From a candidate division WOR-3 bacterium (GTDB lineage Bacteria; Hydrothermota; Tepidihabitantia; Tepidihabitantales; Tepidihabitantaceae): a stretch of 45,852 nt of DNA. The stretch is taken from positions 150,168 to 196,019 of the forward strand of contig CBFGKH010000004.1 in the NCBI GenBank assembly GCA_965649295.1. Direction: 5' to 3'. Below the pieces are notes generated by a model. It was given only the letters and a program-made list of their open reading frames with translations. It was not told the DNA's origin and searched no databases. Position 1 is the first letter of the stretch. Every line of letters starts with the position of its first letter. The translations under genes were made by a program, and so were the position numbers. Shown here in pieces: positions 9,864-20,043 of the stretch.

Positions 9864-10999
9864 TTTGCACCTCCGGTCAGCGCAACCGCCTTCCTGACTG
9901 CTTCAGCCATAGTTGCCGCACCGGTAACAGCACTACCCCGCAGCAGCTCCTGCGCCTTGTCCGCATTCGTACCGGTCAATCGGGCAACAATCGGGACCGT
10001 GATATTCGCCTGCTGCTGGGCCTGAACTAGTCCGGCCGCGATATCATCACAGCGAGTGATGCCACCGAAGATGTTGACAAGTATCACCTTCACGTTTGGA
10101 TCCGCAAGGATAATACGCATAGCGGTCATCATCTTTTCCGGACTCGACGAGCCGCCAACGTCAAGAAAGTTCGCTGGTTCGCCACCGTAGCGCTTGATCA
10201 AGTCCATCGTCGCCATTGCCAGACCAGCGCCGTTGACAATACAACCGACATTACCCGAAAGCTTAACGTAAGAGAGACCGGCTGCTTTGGCTTCAACCTC
10301 TTTCGGCTCCTCAGCTGACAAGTCGCGCAGCTCTGCCCATTCCTTGTGCCGAAAGTCAGCATTATCATCAAAGTTAATTTTGGCATCGAGCGCCAGCAAA
10401 CTGCCGTCGCCCAGCCGCACCAGCGGATTGATTTCAATCAGCGAGCAGTCTTGCTCAACAAAGATGCGGTAGAGCTTCTGGGCGATGGCTGCGAAATCAC
10501 GAGCAAGCTTGGCATCACCAAACAGTGCCATACCGACATTACGCCCCTGGAACCCAAGCAGACCAACTGCCGGGCTGATTGGCACCTTTAGAATTTTCTC
10601 AGGACTGACCCGCGCGACCTCTTCAATCTCCACACCTCCGGCAGCTGAGGCCATCAAGACCGGTACCCGTCGGGAACGGTCAACAATAATCCCGACATAG
10701 TACTCGGCCCTGGCATCGGCACATTCGGCTACCAGCACCTTGTTGACCGGCAAACCCTTGATTTCCATACCCAGAATTGCTGCTGCTGTCGGCTCGACAT
10801 CAGCGGCGGTGGTAACCCGCTTCACCCCGCCAGCCTTTCCCCGACCGCCGACCAGCACCTGCGCCTTGATGACGACCGGTAAGCCGAGCTCGGTCGCCGC
10901 CTGCACTGCCTCGGCCGGGGTCGCAGCGACCCGCTCGCGCGGCACCGGAATCCCGTAAGCCGCGAATATTGACTTTGCCTGATACTCGTGAATCTTCAT
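9860..10999 (-). CDS. sucC: succinyl-CoA synthetase beta subunit
   Basis: [56 protein letters not shown]. Confidence 0.97.
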   Translation of the reverse strand: MKIHEYQAKSIFAAYGIPVPRERVAATPAEAVQAATELGLPVVIKAQVLVGGRGKAGGVKRVTTAADVEPTAAAILGMEIKGLPVNKVLVAECADARAEYYVGIIVDRSRRVPVLMASAAGGVEIEEVARVSPEKILKVPISPAVGLLGFQGRNVGMALFGDAKLARDFAAIAQKLYRIFVEQDCSLIEINPLVRLGDGSLLALDAKINFDDNADFRHKEWAELRDLSAEEPKEVEAKAAGLSYVKLSGNVGCIVNGAGLAMATMDLIKRYGGEPANFLDVGGSSSPEKMMTAMRIILADPNVKVILVNIFGGITRCDDIAAGLVQAQQQANITVPIVARLTGTNADKAQELLRGSAVTGAATMAEAVRKAVALTGGAK

Positions 11000-11008
11000 G
11001 GTGGCAGT

Positions 11009-11036
11009 AATGTAGTCGGAAAGACCCGACTGTCAA
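11009..11036 (-). promoter_or_regulatory. promoter of sucCD
   Basis: TTGACA-16 bp-TACATT, 9 nt before ATG. Confidence 0.6.
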
Positions 11037-11114
11037 GCCGACTGAACCTACCCAAGTCGAGCTTGACAACCAATGGAACTGCAACTAGAAGTAGTCAAAC
11101 GGAGTCGAAAAATC

Positions 11115-11342
11115 ATGCCCCAAATAGAGTTCATGTGCCTGAGCTGTGGCCACACCTTCAAGATCTCGGTTTCGAATGAGGAGCTTGAGGACCTCGACGA
11201 AGTCGAGTGCCCATCCTGTGGCAGTACCGATACCAACCGGACCTACGACGAAGATACCGACTTAGGCGAGGATGAGCTAATTGATGACGTTGACACCGAT
11301 GACGATGAGGAGCTGGGCGACTTCCAGCTCGACGATGAATAG
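11115..11342 (+). CDS. FmdB-like zinc-ribbon protein with acidic tail
   Basis: MPQIEFMCLSCG...ECPSCGS, then a D/E-rich C-terminus; GGAG upstream of ATG 11115. Confidence 0.75.
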   Translation: MPQIEFMCLSCGHTFKISVSNEELEDLDEVECPSCGSTDTNRTYDEDTDLGEDELIDDVDTDDDEELGDFQLDDE

Positions 11343-11363
11343 TCCTCGGTCGGCTGACCGACA

Positions 11364-12179
11364 CTAGCCACGGCTGCTCTGACCACCCGAGGCTCGCCGA
11401 CCCTTCTTAGCCTGCTGCCAGCCAGCCTCCATTTCGGCTAACGTCACATCGGTCAACCTGCGCCCTTCTGCCGCAAACTGTTCTTCAACCTTTCTGAATC
11501 GCTGCCGGAACTTGTCGTTCGCGTCCTTCAATGTCCCTTCAGCATCCACCCCCAGATGGCGGGCCAGATTCACGAGGGCAAAAAACAGATCGCCAAGCTC
11601 TTCTCGAACCCGCTGTCGATTGCGCCGGGGACGACTCAATTCCGTCCGCAGTTCGCCAATCTCCTCGGCCACCTTGTCCAACACCTGTTGCGGATCATCC
11701 CAGTCAAACCCGACCCGGCGACACCTTTCCTGGATGAGCTGGGCCTGCTGCAAGGCCGGCAACGCGGTCGGCACTGACGCCAGTACCGATCGGGACTTCT
11801 CCTGACGCTTGATCTCATCCCAGTTTCGCAAGACATCAGCCGCGCCCCGCACCGTTACCTCGCCGTAGATGTGCGGATGGCGACGCTTCAACTTCTCGAT
11901 AACCAGCCGTAACGACTGCGCCAGGCAGACACCACGCTCCTGGCGCAGAACGTCGGCAAGAAAAAAAGCCATGAAAAGATAGTCGCCCAGTTCCTCGACA
12001 ATCTGCTCGTTGTCGCTTCGGCGCAGCGCCTCGTCTAGCTCATAAGTCTCGTTCAGCATTAGCGGTCGAGTTGACTCAACCGTCTGCTTCCTATCCCACG
12101 GGCATCGCCGTCGCAGTTTGCGGACGACATCCATTAGCTCACTAAGTAGCCGTTCATCGCGAGTCAGCTTCGTTTGCAT
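11364..12179 (-). CDS. mazG: nucleoside triphosphate pyrophosphohydrolase
   Basis: CPWDRKQT, EELGD (x2), KL.RRHPHIYG, VGFDW, ANDKF..RF. Confidence 0.95.
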   Translation of the reverse strand: MQTKLTRDERLLSELMDVVRKLRRRCPWDRKQTVESTRPLMLNETYELDEALRRSDNEQIVEELGDYLFMAFFLADVLRQERGVCLAQSLRLVIEKLKRRHPHIYGEVTVRGAADVLRNWDEIKRQEKSRSVLASVPTALPALQQAQLIQERCRRVGFDWDDPQQVLDKVAEEIGELRTELSRPRRNRQRVREELGDLFFALVNLARHLGVDAEGTLKDANDKFRQRFRKVEEQFAAEGRRLTDVTLAEMEAGWQQAKKGRRASGGQSSRG

Positions 12180-12184
12180 ACCCG

Positions 12185-12212
12185 AGTCTATTTCAATGAG
12201 CTAGACCGTCAA
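12185..12212 (-). promoter_or_regulatory. promoter of mazG (leaderless)
   Basis: TTGACG-16 bp-TAGACT, 5 nt before ATG. Confidence 0.7.
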
Positions 12213-12230
12213 TTCAGTACCACAGATTCC

Positions 12231-12258
12231 TTGACATTTCCGCCTTGGCGACTAGCTT
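12231..12258 (+). promoter_or_regulatory. promoter of glyA-eno-ftsB (leadered)
   Basis: TTGACA-16 bp-TAGCTT; SD AAGGAG at 12271. Confidence 0.7.
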
Positions 12259-12286
12259 ACTAACGACGAAAAGGAGCTCGCACTGA

Positions 12287-13564
12287 ATGAAACCTGATAT
12301 TCTAAAGACAGTTGACCCCGAAGTCTTCGACGCCGTCACCAAAGAAACTAGCCGCCAGCACAATAACCTTGAGCTGATTGCCTCGGAGAACTTCTGTTCC
12401 GAAGCCGTGCTTGCCGCCCTCGGCTCACCGCTGACGAATAAGTATGCCGAAGGCTATCCGGGCAAACGCTACTACGGCGGTTGCAAATGGGTTGACGTTG
12501 TCGAAAACCTAGCCATGGAACGCGCTCGCCAACTCTTTGGTTGCGACCATGCCAATGTCCAACCCCATTCCGGTACCTCGGCGAACATCGCCGCTTATCT
12601 TGTCCTTGCCAAACCCGGTGACACAATTCTCGGCCTAGCGCTGAGCCACGGTGGCCACCTCTCGCACGGGCATCCGATCAATTTCTCTGGCCGCTACTTC
12701 AAGGTTGTTCAATACACGGTCGATCCCAACACCGAAATGCTCGACTACGCTGCCATCCGTCGGCTTGCGCTTGAACACCGACCGCGGGTGATTGTCAGCG
12801 GCGCCTCAGCCTATTCGCGCACCATTGACTTTGCCCGATTCCAAGAGATTGCCGACGAAGTCGGCGCGGCTCAGCTCGCCGACATCGCCCACATCGCCGG
12901 TCTCGTTGCCGCCGGCCTCCATCCCTCACCGGTGCCCTGCGCCGACATTGTCACCACCACCACCCATAAGACCCTGCGCGGCCCGCGCGGCGCCATTATC
13001 ATGGGCAAGGCCAAGTACGCTGAGGACATCGACAAGACCGTCTTCCCTGGGACCCAGGGAGGTCCACTCGAGCACTGCATCGCTGCCAAGGCTGTGGCCT
13101 TCAAGGAGGCTCTCACTCCTGAGTTCCGGGCCTACCAGCAACAGGTGTTAGCTAATGCTCAGTCTCTAGCCACTGCCCTGACTGAAGCCGGCTTCCGCAT
13201 CGTCTCTGGTGGCACCGACAACCACCTGATGACCGTTGACCTACGGCCGAAGAAAATTACCGGCCGCGATGCTGAACGGGTACTTGGCAAAGTACGCATC
13301 ACCGTCAACCGCAATACGATTCCTTTCGACCCGGAGAAGCCCTTCGTCGCCTCCGGGATTCGCATCGGCACACCAGCCCTTACCACGCGGGGAATGAAAG
13401 AACCCGAGATGAAGAAAATCGCCCAGCTCATTGACAAGACAATCAGCCATGCCGACGACGAGACCGCTCTCGATCGCATCAAGGCCGAAGTTGCTGAACT
13501 GGTTGCTGCCTTTCCGCTTTACGCCGAACGCCGGGCCGAATACTCAGCCGCCCAAGGAGCCTAA
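12287..13564 (+). CDS. glyA: serine hydroxymethyltransferase
   Basis: [42 protein letters not shown]. Confidence 0.97.
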   Translation: MKPDILKTVDPEVFDAVTKETSRQHNNLELIASENFCSEAVLAALGSPLTNKYAEGYPGKRYYGGCKWVDVVENLAMERARQLFGCDHANVQPHSGTSANIAAYLVLAKPGDTILGLALSHGGHLSHGHPINFSGRYFKVVQYTVDPNTEMLDYAAIRRLALEHRPRVIVSGASAYSRTIDFARFQEIADEVGAAQLADIAHIAGLVAAGLHPSPVPCADIVTTTTHKTLRGPRGAIIMGKAKYAEDIDKTVFPGTQGGPLEHCIAAKAVAFKEALTPEFRAYQQQVLANAQSLATALTEAGFRIVSGGTDNHLMTVDLRPKKITGRDAERVLGKVRITVNRNTIPFDPEKPFVASGIRIGTPALTTRGMKEPEMKKIAQLIDKTISHADDETALDRIKAEVAELVAAFPLYAERRAEYSAAQGA

Positions 13565-14845
13565 ATGCCAGCCCCAACAATAACCGACCTCGTCGCCCGC
13601 GAGATTCTGGACTCGCGCGGCAATCCGACCCTCGAAGTTGACTGCATTCTCAGCGACGGCACAATGGGCCGCGCTTCGGTTCCTTCGGGCGCCTCAACCG
13701 GCAGTTTTGAAGCCTTAGAACTGCGCGACGGCGACCCGAAGCGCTTCCTTGGCAAAGGTGTGCTCAAAGCAGTGGCCAATGTCAACACGGTCATCCGCGA
13801 TCGGCTCCGCGGCATGGTTGCGACCAACCAATTTCGCATTGACCAGATTCTGGTCCAGCTTGACGGCACCGAGAACAAGTCTCGGCTCGGTGCCAACGCC
13901 CTGCTCGGTACGTCGCTTGCCGTCTGTCGCGCCGCCTCGATAAGTGCCGGCATTTGTATCTACCGCCTCCTCGGTGGTGCCGGCACCAAACTGCTGCCGA
14001 CACCGCTCCTCAACGTCATCAACGGCGGTGCCCACGCATCGAACAACCTTGATGTTCAGGAGTACATGCTTGTCCCGGCCGGCTTTGACACGTTCACGGC
14101 AGCCTTACGGGCAGCAGCCGAAACCTACCAACACCTGCGCCTGCTGCTTGCCGCTGCTGGTAAGTCAACATCGGTCGGCGACGAAGGTGGCTTCGCCCCT
14201 GACTTCGCCGACAACGAGGAGCCGCTCCGACTAATTGTTCAGGCAATCGAGAAAGCCGGCTACCGGCCGGGCGAACAGATCTATCTGGCAATTGATGTAG
14301 CACCGACCGAGCTATTCCGCGACGGCAAATACGAACTGACGATACCGAAGCCGGCCCGACTGACTGCCGAGGAACTCACCGACATGTACGCAGACTGGCT
14401 TGACCGCTATCCGATTATCTCGATCGAAGACGGTCTGGCTGAGGAAGACTGGGATGGCTGGAAGCTGCTCACCGCCCGGCTTGGCCGACGGGTCCAGATT
14501 ATCGGTGACGACATCTTTGTGACCAATGTCCAGCGTCTGCGCCGCGGCATCAATGAGGAGGTTGCCAATGCCATCCTTATCAAGCCCAACCAGATTGGTA
14601 CCGTCAGCGAAACTCTGGATTGTATCCGAACTGCTACTGACCACGGCTATCGCACGATAATCTCTCATCGCTCTGGCGAGACGACCGACCACTTCATCGC
14701 CGATCTTGCCGTCGCCGCCAACTCCGGCCAGATCAAGACCGGCGCGCCCTGCCGGAGTGAACGCGTCGCCAAATACAACCGGCTCATCCGTATCGAAGAA
14801 GACGACGTGCTGCGCTACGCCGGGCTCGAAACCCTACGACGATGA
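13565..14845 (+). CDS. eno: enolase
   Basis: DSRGNPT, VPSGASTG, GDEGGFAP, LIKPNQIG, SHRSGET, ERVAKYN. Confidence 0.97.
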   Translation: MPAPTITDLVAREILDSRGNPTLEVDCILSDGTMGRASVPSGASTGSFEALELRDGDPKRFLGKGVLKAVANVNTVIRDRLRGMVATNQFRIDQILVQLDGTENKSRLGANALLGTSLAVCRAASISAGICIYRLLGGAGTKLLPTPLLNVINGGAHASNNLDVQEYMLVPAGFDTFTAALRAAAETYQHLRLLLAAAGKSTSVGDEGGFAPDFADNEEPLRLIVQAIEKAGYRPGEQIYLAIDVAPTELFRDGKYELTIPKPARLTAEELTDMYADWLDRYPIISIEDGLAEEDWDGWKLLTARLGRRVQIIGDDIFVTNVQRLRRGINEEVANAILIKPNQIGTVSETLDCIRTATDHGYRTIISHRSGETTDHFIADLAVAANSGQIKTGAPCRSERVAKYNRLIRIEEDDVLRYAGLETLRR

Positions 14846-15120
14846 ACAGCGCTACAATCCAGCATCGGCCGCGACGCCGCCAGCGGCTTGTCTGGCTCGC
14901 AGTCGTGCTGGTCGTGCTGTTTGCGTTTCTGCACGGTCCCAACGGCCTCGTCTCAATTCTCCGCCGTGAGCTCGAGGCTCGACGTCTTCTGCGCGAGATA
15001 GCAAGACTTCAGCGTGAGATTGGCGAGTATCGCGCCCAACGTGACTGGTTGATGAATCCCGACTCTGCCGCGGCCTACGCTCGCCGGCTACTGGATGCGG
15101 ACTCGTTTTCGAAAGACTGA
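14842..15120 (+). CDS. ftsB: septum formation initiator (FtsB/DivIC family)
   Basis: Single TM, G..G, coiled coil, AR..L; conserved position after eno with 4-nt overlap. Confidence 0.7.
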   Translation: MNSATIQHRPRRRQRLVWLAVVLVVLFAFLHGPNGLVSILRRELEARRLLREIARLQREIGEYRAQRDWLMNPDSAAAYARRLLDADSFSKD

Positions 15121-15155
15121 CCTACTCGTCGTAATCCCTGCCATTGGCTGCGCGT

Positions 15156-15932
15156 TCAGGCAGGCAGGAATAGCTGCGGTCGGCCGGCTTGGGGATGAAT
15201 CGTAACTAACGGCGCGATTCCGTACACCTGCCGAATGAGGTCGCTAGTCAACACCTCATCCGGGGTACCGCAGGCAGCAGGTCGTCCCTGACGAAGTAGA
15301 AGCAACCGATCACAGAACAATCCAGCTAGATTGAGGTCATGGGAGAGCAGAACAACTGTCTTGCCCTGCTCAACCAGACGACGCAACAACCGCACCAGCA
15401 AGTGCTGATGCAAAAGGTCAAGATGGGATAACGCCTCGTCGAGCAAAAGAATCCTCGGCTGTTGGCAGAGTGCCCGCGCCAGCAGCACCCGCTGTTTCTC
15501 CCCTTGCGATATTCGGTTGATCGACTGCGTTGCGAGACCGAGGGCGTCAACAGACTCCAGGGCCTGACGAGCAAGCTCTCGGTCACGGTGTTGTGGCTGC
15601 TCAAGCGCACCAAGATGAGGATGGCGACCCATCAGCACCACCTCTTCGACCGAATAGTCGAATGCGAAGAACGTCTCTTGCAACACCACGCCACAGATAC
15701 GGGCTACCTCGCGGCGGTCCGTTCGCGCAACGTCTCGACCTTCCAGTAGCACAATACCAGCCTGCGGCCGGAGTAGTCCGGCGGCAAGGCGCAGGAGCGT
15801 TGACTTACCCGCCCCATTGGGGCCAATCACACCGAATAGCTGGCCGGGCTCGATCGCCAATTCGAAACCGCGAAACAACTTGTTGCGGCCATAATCGAAA
15901 CAAACCTGCCGAAACTCAATACTTGCAATCAA
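15156..15932 (-). CDS. cobalamin/iron-chelate ABC transporter ATPase
   Basis: GPNGAGKST, MGRHPH, ISQGEKQR, LLLDE, SHDLNLA. Confidence 0.9.
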   Translation of the reverse strand: MIASIEFRQVCFDYGRNKLFRGFELAIEPGQLFGVIGPNGAGKSTLLRLAAGLLRPQAGIVLLEGRDVARTDRREVARICGVVLQETFFAFDYSVEEVVLMGRHPHLGALEQPQHRDRELARQALESVDALGLATQSINRISQGEKQRVLLARALCQQPRILLLDEALSHLDLLHQHLLVRLLRRLVEQGKTVVLLSHDLNLAGLFCDRLLLLRQGRPAACGTPDEVLTSDLIRQVYGIAPLVTIHPQAGRPQLFLPA

Positions 15933-16885
15933 TGTAGCCGCCAGCGCAAAAGATAGACAAAGAAGGGTACACCAATCAGGGCCGTGACGACCGACAGTGG
16001 TAACCCGCCCGGCACAATGTTACGGGCAACAACATCAGCCAAGAGCAACAACCCGGCGCCGCCGAGGAAAGAAGCCGGCAGTAAGGTTCGATGCCCGGGC
16101 CCGACCCCGATCCGAATTAGATGAGGCACAACCAGTCCGACAAAACTCACCGCGCCAGTGAATGAAACCACCAACCCCACGAGCAGCGAACAGACGACGA
16201 ACATCGCCCGAACCGTCTGCTGCGTATCCACACCAAGCGTCGCCGCACTCTCTTCGCCGGTGGCCAGCACATCAAGCACCCGCGCTTGTGTCAACAACCA
16301 GACACAACCGGCCATTGCCAGCAGACCGGCCCCGCCGAGCAGGCCAATTGACTGCCTGGTGAGCACGATGCTGAGGGACCCCATCATCACATAGACCGCC
16401 TCACCAAGGGTTCGCCGGCCGACGACCAACACAAGCATTATCAGACTCGAGAAAAAGAAACTGACAACAACTCCGGCCAATACCAGACTAGTGACGCTGA
16501 TCCGTCCCCTTATTCTCGCAACGAGATAGACGAGCGAAGTTGCGAGTAATGCACCGGCTAGCCCCCCTAGCGGCAGACCAAGACTCGATGCCCATCCCAA
16601 GGCCATAACCACAGCCGACCCGAGCGCCGCACCGCTCGCCACGCCCAGAGTAAATGGATCAACCAATGGGTTGCGCAACAGCCCTTGCTGACAGGCGCCA
16701 ACCACCGCCAAGACGCCACCGGCCAGCACACCAAGCAGGAGCCTTGTCCCTCTCAGTTCAAGGACAAGCCGCAGTCCGTCACTACCACGATGACGCGGCC
16801 CCACCCCAAGTGACAAAGCCACCGCGACGAACACAAAGACTGCCAGGCCAGTCCACAACCACCGGCTCTTTCTCGTCAGTCCCAC
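15929..16885 (-). CDS. FecCD/BtuC-family permease
   Basis: QGLLRNPLVDPFTLGVASGA, G.V.FVGLVVPH, G.PFF.YLL. Confidence 0.9.
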   Translation of the reverse strand: MGLTRKSRWLWTGLAVFVFVAVALSLGVGPRHRGSDGLRLVLELRGTRLLLGVLAGGVLAVVGACQQGLLRNPLVDPFTLGVASGAALGSAVVMALGWASSLGLPLGGLAGALLATSLVYLVARIRGRISVTSLVLAGVVVSFFFSSLIMLVLVVGRRTLGEAVYVMMGSLSIVLTRQSIGLLGGAGLLAMAGCVWLLTQARVLDVLATGEESAATLGVDTQQTVRAMFVVCSLLVGLVVSFTGAVSFVGLVVPHLIRIGVGPGHRTLLPASFLGGAGLLLLADVVARNIVPGGLPLSVVTALIGVPFFVYLLRWRLH

Positions 16886-16906
16886 CTCCTACAGGCGAAC
16901 CAGTCG

Positions 16907-17752
16907 CTAGCCCCTACTTCGCTCAACTCCGCCTGGTCGTTCGTGAAGAAGTTGTTGCAGTAACTCAATGCCGTCAACCAAACGCGGCCCCGGTCGAAAG
17001 AATAGATCGGGATTCAGCCCAACATACACTCTCCCGCTCCGCACTGCTTCCACCCTCTGCCAACCGACCCGCGCTCCAACATCGGCTACGGTCACGCCAG
17101 GATGGAGAATCAGCACAACGTCTGGATTGCGACTCACCACAGCTTCTGGGTCGATCACCGGGTACTCTTGAACTACGTCCGCGAAGATGTTCTGCCCACC
17201 GGCCCGTCTAATCAAGTCAGTGATGAAGCTGGTGCCGCCAGCTGTCATCAGTGGTGCGGACGAAAGCTCAACGAACACCCTTGGTCTCTTCTCCGGCACT
17301 GGCACGGCAACGAGTCGGGCCCGCATTCGTGCAACCAGTTCCCGCGCCTGTCCTTGGCGACCAACCAAAGCCCCGATGGATTCTATTTCCACCAATACGG
17401 CTTCAATATCGGCTGGCCGCGAAACAAAAGTTCGGATTCCGAGCTCTGCGAGTCGCTCCGCAACCTGACGATGAATCGGCAACGTCACCAGCACCAACGT
17501 CGGTCGCAGCGCGATGATTCGCTCGATGTCTGGCCTAACAAAATCGCCAACCTTGTAAATCCCCCGTGCTGCCTCTGGGTAGTCACATTGATTCGTGTTG
17601 CCCACCAGCCTCGCATCTGCCCCCAGCACATAGATAACCTCTGTCGCACTCGGCACAAGTGAAACGACCCGCTCTTCCGACTTCACTCTCGGCGCCACCC
17701 CACAAGCGAGTAGAAAACACAACGCCGTCGCTAGCAGCGAAACAGACCTCAT
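16907..17752 (-). CDS. BtuF-like cobalamin-binding lipoprotein
   Basis: Lipobox LLAC, RVVSLVPSATE, CDYP, AGG.NIF, RPGPR. Confidence 0.85.
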   Translation of the reverse strand: MRSVSLLATALCFLLACGVAPRVKSEERVVSLVPSATEVIYVLGADARLVGNTNQCDYPEAARGIYKVGDFVRPDIERIIALRPTLVLVTLPIHRQVAERLAELGIRTFVSRPADIEAVLVEIESIGALVGRQGQARELVARMRARLVAVPVPEKRPRVFVELSSAPLMTAGGTSFITDLIRRAGGQNIFADVVQEYPVIDPEAVVSRNPDVVLILHPGVTVADVGARVGWQRVEAVRSGRVYVGLNPDLFFRPGPRLVDGIELLQQLLHERPGGVERSRG

Positions 17753-17828
17753 CGTCCGTAAGAAAAGCGGCCGGTGCCGGTCTCAGCTCGTGCCATTGTC
17801 CTAGTCACCACTTTTGACAGTCGGCCGA

Positions 17829-18692
17829 CTAATCGTCACGCCTAACGAGGCTATCAATTGCCTCATCAGCGGCATCGCAAATCCGCTCATCCCCGCCGCC
17901 GGGCTTCTCCACAAGTGCCAAGCCGGTTCGATTCACCTTGTGCCCGAGCAAGACATAGACGGTATGTGCTACCATTCGATCTGTCGGTCGCGTACCCGAA
18001 CTACGCATCAGCATCTCGCGTTCAAGAACTTCCCGAACATGAATGCGAACAAAGCCTTGAAGCTCCATTGCCGAGACGGTCTTGCGTAATTGCTCGACCG
18101 TCGGAACAATAGCGGCCAGGACGTGGCCACCGGCCAGCGCCCTGTGAGCCGCGGCCACAAGGGTCCAAGGCTCAGGCACATCAAGAAAAACAGCATCGAC
18201 TTCCGATTGGGAAAAACCTTCCAATTCCGGGTCAGCTACCAGGAACTCACAGAACTCGGCCAGCCTGTAGCGAAGGACATTCTGCCGAGCGTTGGCACTG
18301 AAGTCTGGCCGTCGCTCATATGAATAGACCCGGCCGTTCGGACGCACAAAATTAGCGAGAATACACGTCATTCCACCCGAACCAGACCCGCACTCAATGA
18401 CTCGCGCGCCCGGGAAAAGGATTGTTCGAAGCAGAACGATGCCCGTGTCCTTGGGATAGACAATCGTTGTCGAACGTTTGACCTTCAGAGACAGGTCGGC
18501 AATGCTGGGCCGCAGAAGAAAGAACAAGAACCCAAGGTGAGTCCTAACATCGGCTCCGTATTCCTGCCCGATAATCGACGCCCAATCAATGTGTCCTCGA
18601 TGGGTAGAAAACCGTCCTCGTTCCTGCACCTCGACGAGATAGTTGATCCGCTCCGAGTGATAGAGCACAACAAAGTCGCCAACCTGAATCAT
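17829..18692 (-). CDS. trmI: tRNA (adenine58-N1)-methyltransferase
   Basis: T.IVYPKD, ECGSGSG, SYERR, FLDVPEPW, RP...MVAHT. Confidence 0.9.
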   Translation of the reverse strand: MIQVGDFVVLYHSERINYLVEVQERGRFSTHRGHIDWASIIGQEYGADVRTHLGFLFFLLRPSIADLSLKVKRSTTIVYPKDTGIVLLRTILFPGARVIECGSGSGGMTCILANFVRPNGRVYSYERRPDFSANARQNVLRYRLAEFCEFLVADPELEGFSQSEVDAVFLDVPEPWTLVAAAHRALAGGHVLAAIVPTVEQLRKTVSAMELQGFVRIHVREVLEREMLMRSSGTRPTDRMVAHTVYVLLGHKVNRTGLALVEKPGGGDERICDAADEAIDSLVRRDD

Positions 18693-18698
18693 CGCCCC

Positions 18699-18726
18699 AT
18701 TCTAGATGTCACCCTCAGCCAGTCAA
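18699..18726 (-). promoter_or_regulatory. promoter of trmI (leaderless)
   Basis: TTGACT-16 bp-TAGAAT, 6 nt before ATG. Confidence 0.75.
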
Positions 18727-18848
18727 GGAACTGCCCCCCCAACAGAGTTAGCAACCGGTAAAGTCTGGTGCCGTCAACCCATAAGCATCTGTGATAGCTG
18801 AATGACAAGCGAAAGACAGCTATGTGTTGCTCGATCCGCAAGAATTGG

Positions 18849-20000
18849 TCAGCCCAATTGTCCTGGAGTTCGCGGCGTCCTAGCCCAGTATTTCTCTTTG
18901 TTTGTAAAGAACTGCCAGTAACCGACTAACAAAGCAACGTTCTGAAGAACATAGTACTGAGGCACTAACACCTTACGCAGGATTCCTGTATTGCGATAAG
19001 CTAGTGGCGTAGTAGCATAAACCGCAAGTTGGACAGCCAGCAGTGCGGCGTAGAGGCGGTCACAGACAAACAAGATGCAACCAACCAGGATGAGAAGCAT
19101 AAACAGAGGAGTCGCCCACCGGAGCAACTTGTGCGATATCAATACCCACGCCTTGATTCCATAGCGTGGCAAGAACAGGTCAATGTTGCGCAGCAGCGCC
19201 TGCAGACTGCCACGGGCGATGCGCGCTTTACGCCAAAACTCGATGTGTTCTGCTTCGGCCTTTGTCCAGCAGCGTGCACCAACATCGTAGACAACGTCGA
19301 AACCGCCTCGGAATGGTCGCACGGCGAGCAAGAAATCGTCCAGGATGGTGTCCTCCGGGATGGGTGAGCAAGAGTCTCTTCTTACTGCCAACGCCCAACC
19401 GTATGCCCCAACTACTGCTCCCACTGCTCCTTCAAGCTTCTTCAACCAGGACTCGTAACGATCAAAAGCGCCCTCACCCGGACTCCCGTCTGGATTGATA
19501 CGCTCGTAGTGAGGCTGAACTACAGCTACCTTTGGGTCACGAAAGTACTGCAGCATGGATTGAAGACTGCCAGGTTTGATGAGAACATCAGCATCGGTGA
19601 AGAGCAAAACCTCTCCTCGTGCCTCGGCCATCAACCGATTCAACACCGCCGGCTTGCCACTACGATGACTGAGCCGTATCAGCCGGACTCGCGGGTCGGA
19701 ATAACTGGATACTATCTCATCGGTGGCATCGTCGGACCCATCCGAGCCAACAAGAATCTCAACTTCATTAGTCTCGTCAACAAGCGCCAGCGTGTTGTCC
19801 AATTTCTGGCGAATCACGGCCTCTTCGTTATGTGCCGCGATTACCACTGTAACTGACGTCGGTACCGGCCGCAGCTCTCTCTGCTTCCTAAAACGCACTA
19901 TCCGGGCAAGAAATAACAACAGAATCGGGAAGCCGATCCAATGGTAAACGATCAGCCCGATAGGAAACCAGACTAGTATGAATTGACCAAAGAATCCCAT
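18849..20000 (-). CDS. family 2 glycosyltransferase (membrane-bound)
   Basis: IAAHNEE, SDGSDD, GK..LN, FTDAD, DDF, RK.RI.RG motifs; flanking TM helices. Confidence 0.88.
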   Translation of the reverse strand: MGFFGQFILVWFPIGLIVYHWIGFPILLLFLARIVRFRKQRELRPVPTSVTVVIAAHNEEAVIRQKLDNTLALVDETNEVEILVGSDGSDDATDEIVSSYSDPRVRLIRLSHRSGKPAVLNRLMAEARGEVLLFTDADVLIKPGSLQSMLQYFRDPKVAVVQPHYERINPDGSPGEGAFDRYESWLKKLEGAVGAVVGAYGWALAVRRDSCSPIPEDTILDDFLLAVRPFRGGFDVVYDVGARCWTKAEAEHIEFWRKARIARGSLQALLRNIDLFLPRYGIKAWVLISHKLLRWATPLFMLLILVGCILFVCDRLYAALLAVQLAVYATTPLAYRNTGILRKVLVPQYYVLQNVALLVGYWQFFTNKEKYWARTPRTPGQLG

Positions 20001-20008
20001 GCTGCTAG

Positions 20009-20037
20009 TTGCACGCTGCGAGCCAGAAATCTATACT
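20009..20037 (+). promoter_or_regulatory. promoter of GT4 gene (leaderless, 17-bp spacer)
   Basis: TTGCAC-17 bp-TATACT, 6 nt before GTG 20044. Confidence 0.5.
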
Positions 20038-20043
20038 GCTCTG

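Noticed and set aside
9129..10025. Long antisense ORFs (e.g. 9129-10025, 254-1009, 20005-20835, 33831-34658)
   Set aside because: Shadow frames of well-supported GC-rich genes, with no recognisable motifs
17753..17828. Cobalamin riboswitch upstream of the btuF-like gene
   Set aside because: Gap is only 76 nt; a stem (AAAAGTGGT/GCCGCTTTT on the minus strand) is present but no B12-box is recognisable; the gene is probably co-transcribed from trmI
19998..20001. Divergent genes sharing one CATG start
   Set aside because: The GT4 gene more plausibly starts at GTG 20044 (typical N-terminus, with its own -10 element 6 nt upstream)
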